Shown one piece after another: positions 63,263-64,000 of a DNA stretch of 64,000 bases (the first letter of the stretch is position 1; every line of letters begins with the position of its first letter). The stretch is from an uncultured Poribacteria bacterium. GTDB taxonomy: Bacteria; Poribacteria; WGA-4E; WGA-3G. The notes under the pieces are model-generated. The model made no database searches. It was not told where the DNA came from and saw only the letters and a list, made by a program, of their open reading frames with translations. Location of the stretch: NCBI GenBank assembly GCA_958296135.2, contig CATQHZ020000001.1, forward strand, positions 2,176,001 through 2,240,000, given 5' to 3'. The translations under genes were made by a program, and so were the position numbers.

Positions 63263-64000
63263 TTAGCGTTCTGTTTTTTTGATGAATGCCCGTGCCGCCG
63301 ATTTTGCCCACGTGTCAACGGCCAGGATGTCGTCAAGGTTTGGATGTGGAATCACAACGTGTTTATCTATTACGCATCGCAGGATAGCAGGGATATCCGT
63401 AAACCCGATGCGGTTTGCGAGAAAAGCGTCTACCACCACCTCATCCGCGCTGCTGAGGACGACAGGGAGAGTGCCGCCGACTTCTGCCGCGGTATACGCA
63501 AGCGAGATGCACGGAAACTTTTCCGTATCCACGGGCTCAAAGTGAAGCGTTCGCGCCGCCCGCAAATCTAAACGCGGGACAGGCGTAGAAAGTCTCCGCG
63601 GATAAGTCAAAGCGAACTGAATCATAAGACGCATATCCGTTGGCCCCAACTGCGCGAGGGTGGAGCCGTCTGTCCATTCAACCATAGAATGGACAATGCT
63701 CTCGCGATGCACAACAATGTTAATCTTCGAGAGCGGCACATCAAACAGCCACTTCGCCTCAATAACCTCGAGCCCTTTGTTCATCATCGTCGCGGAGTCA
63801 ATCGTGATTTTCGCACCCATATCCCAGTTGGGGTGCCGAAGTGCCTGTTGCGGCGTTACATTCCGAAGTGCTTCCTTCGGCATTTCCAGAAACGGGCCGC
63901 CAGATGCGGTAATCAGGAGTTGATGAATATCCGCCTGCCGGCCGCGTTGTCCCTCTAGGCATTGGAAGATCGCGCTCATCTCGCCATCTATCGGTATTAA
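63263..64000 (-). CDS. dxr: 1-deoxy-D-xylulose 5-phosphate reductoisomerase (5'-partial)
   Basis: TASGGPF, HPNWDMGAKITIDSATMMNKGLE and HSMVE motifs; upstream of rseP. Confidence 0.92.
   Translation of the reverse strand, partial: LIPIDGEMSAIFQCLEGQRGRQADIHQLLITASGGPFLEMPKEALRNVTPQQALRHPNWDMGAKITIDSATMMNKGLEVIEAKWLFDVPLSKINIVVHRESIVHSMVEWTDGSTLAQLGPTDMRLMIQFALTYPRRLSTPVPRLDLRAARTLHFEPVDTEKFPCISLAYTAAEVGGTLPVVLSSADEVVVDAFLANRIGFTDIPAILRCVIDKHVVIPHPNLDDILAVDTWAKSAARAFIKKTER

Overview
Bacterial chromosomal window, roughly 54% GC by eye. It is probably from Candidatus Poribacteria or a relative; this is an inference from the cohesin-dockerin-FlgD/T9SS-like protein, the C-terminal V-x-P...TTW-x-x-LK motif, and the many PhyH, Gfo/Idh/MocA, sugar-phosphate-isomerase and Uma2 genes. 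Content: partial rluD, a MoxR/DUF58/SpoIIM/RDD cluster, an acetate-type symporter, gmhA, ABC transporters, two identical tRNA-Asn genes, dppBC, sbcDC, iscA/iscU-like genes, a Fur regulator, mqnA/mqnE, trpS, priA, udg, rseP and partial dxr, interspersed with orphan DNA methyltransferases and stand-alone PD-(D/E)xK nucleases. The most striking signal is about 50 short GTAG/GTAA-tagged REP-like palindromes of at least four families. Besides filling intergenic spaces, they sit in frame inside at least seven protein genes (three copies in priA alone) and supply the stop codon of at least seven genes. Other notable points: two tandem nuclease-gene pairs with mosaic identity, a methyltransferase paralog missing exactly its Mrr-like nuclease domain, an IscU-like protein lacking two of three Cys ligands, a DXR with a non-canonical active-site motif, and a MITE-like element family. 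No CRISPR array, rRNA, transposase or integrase was seen.
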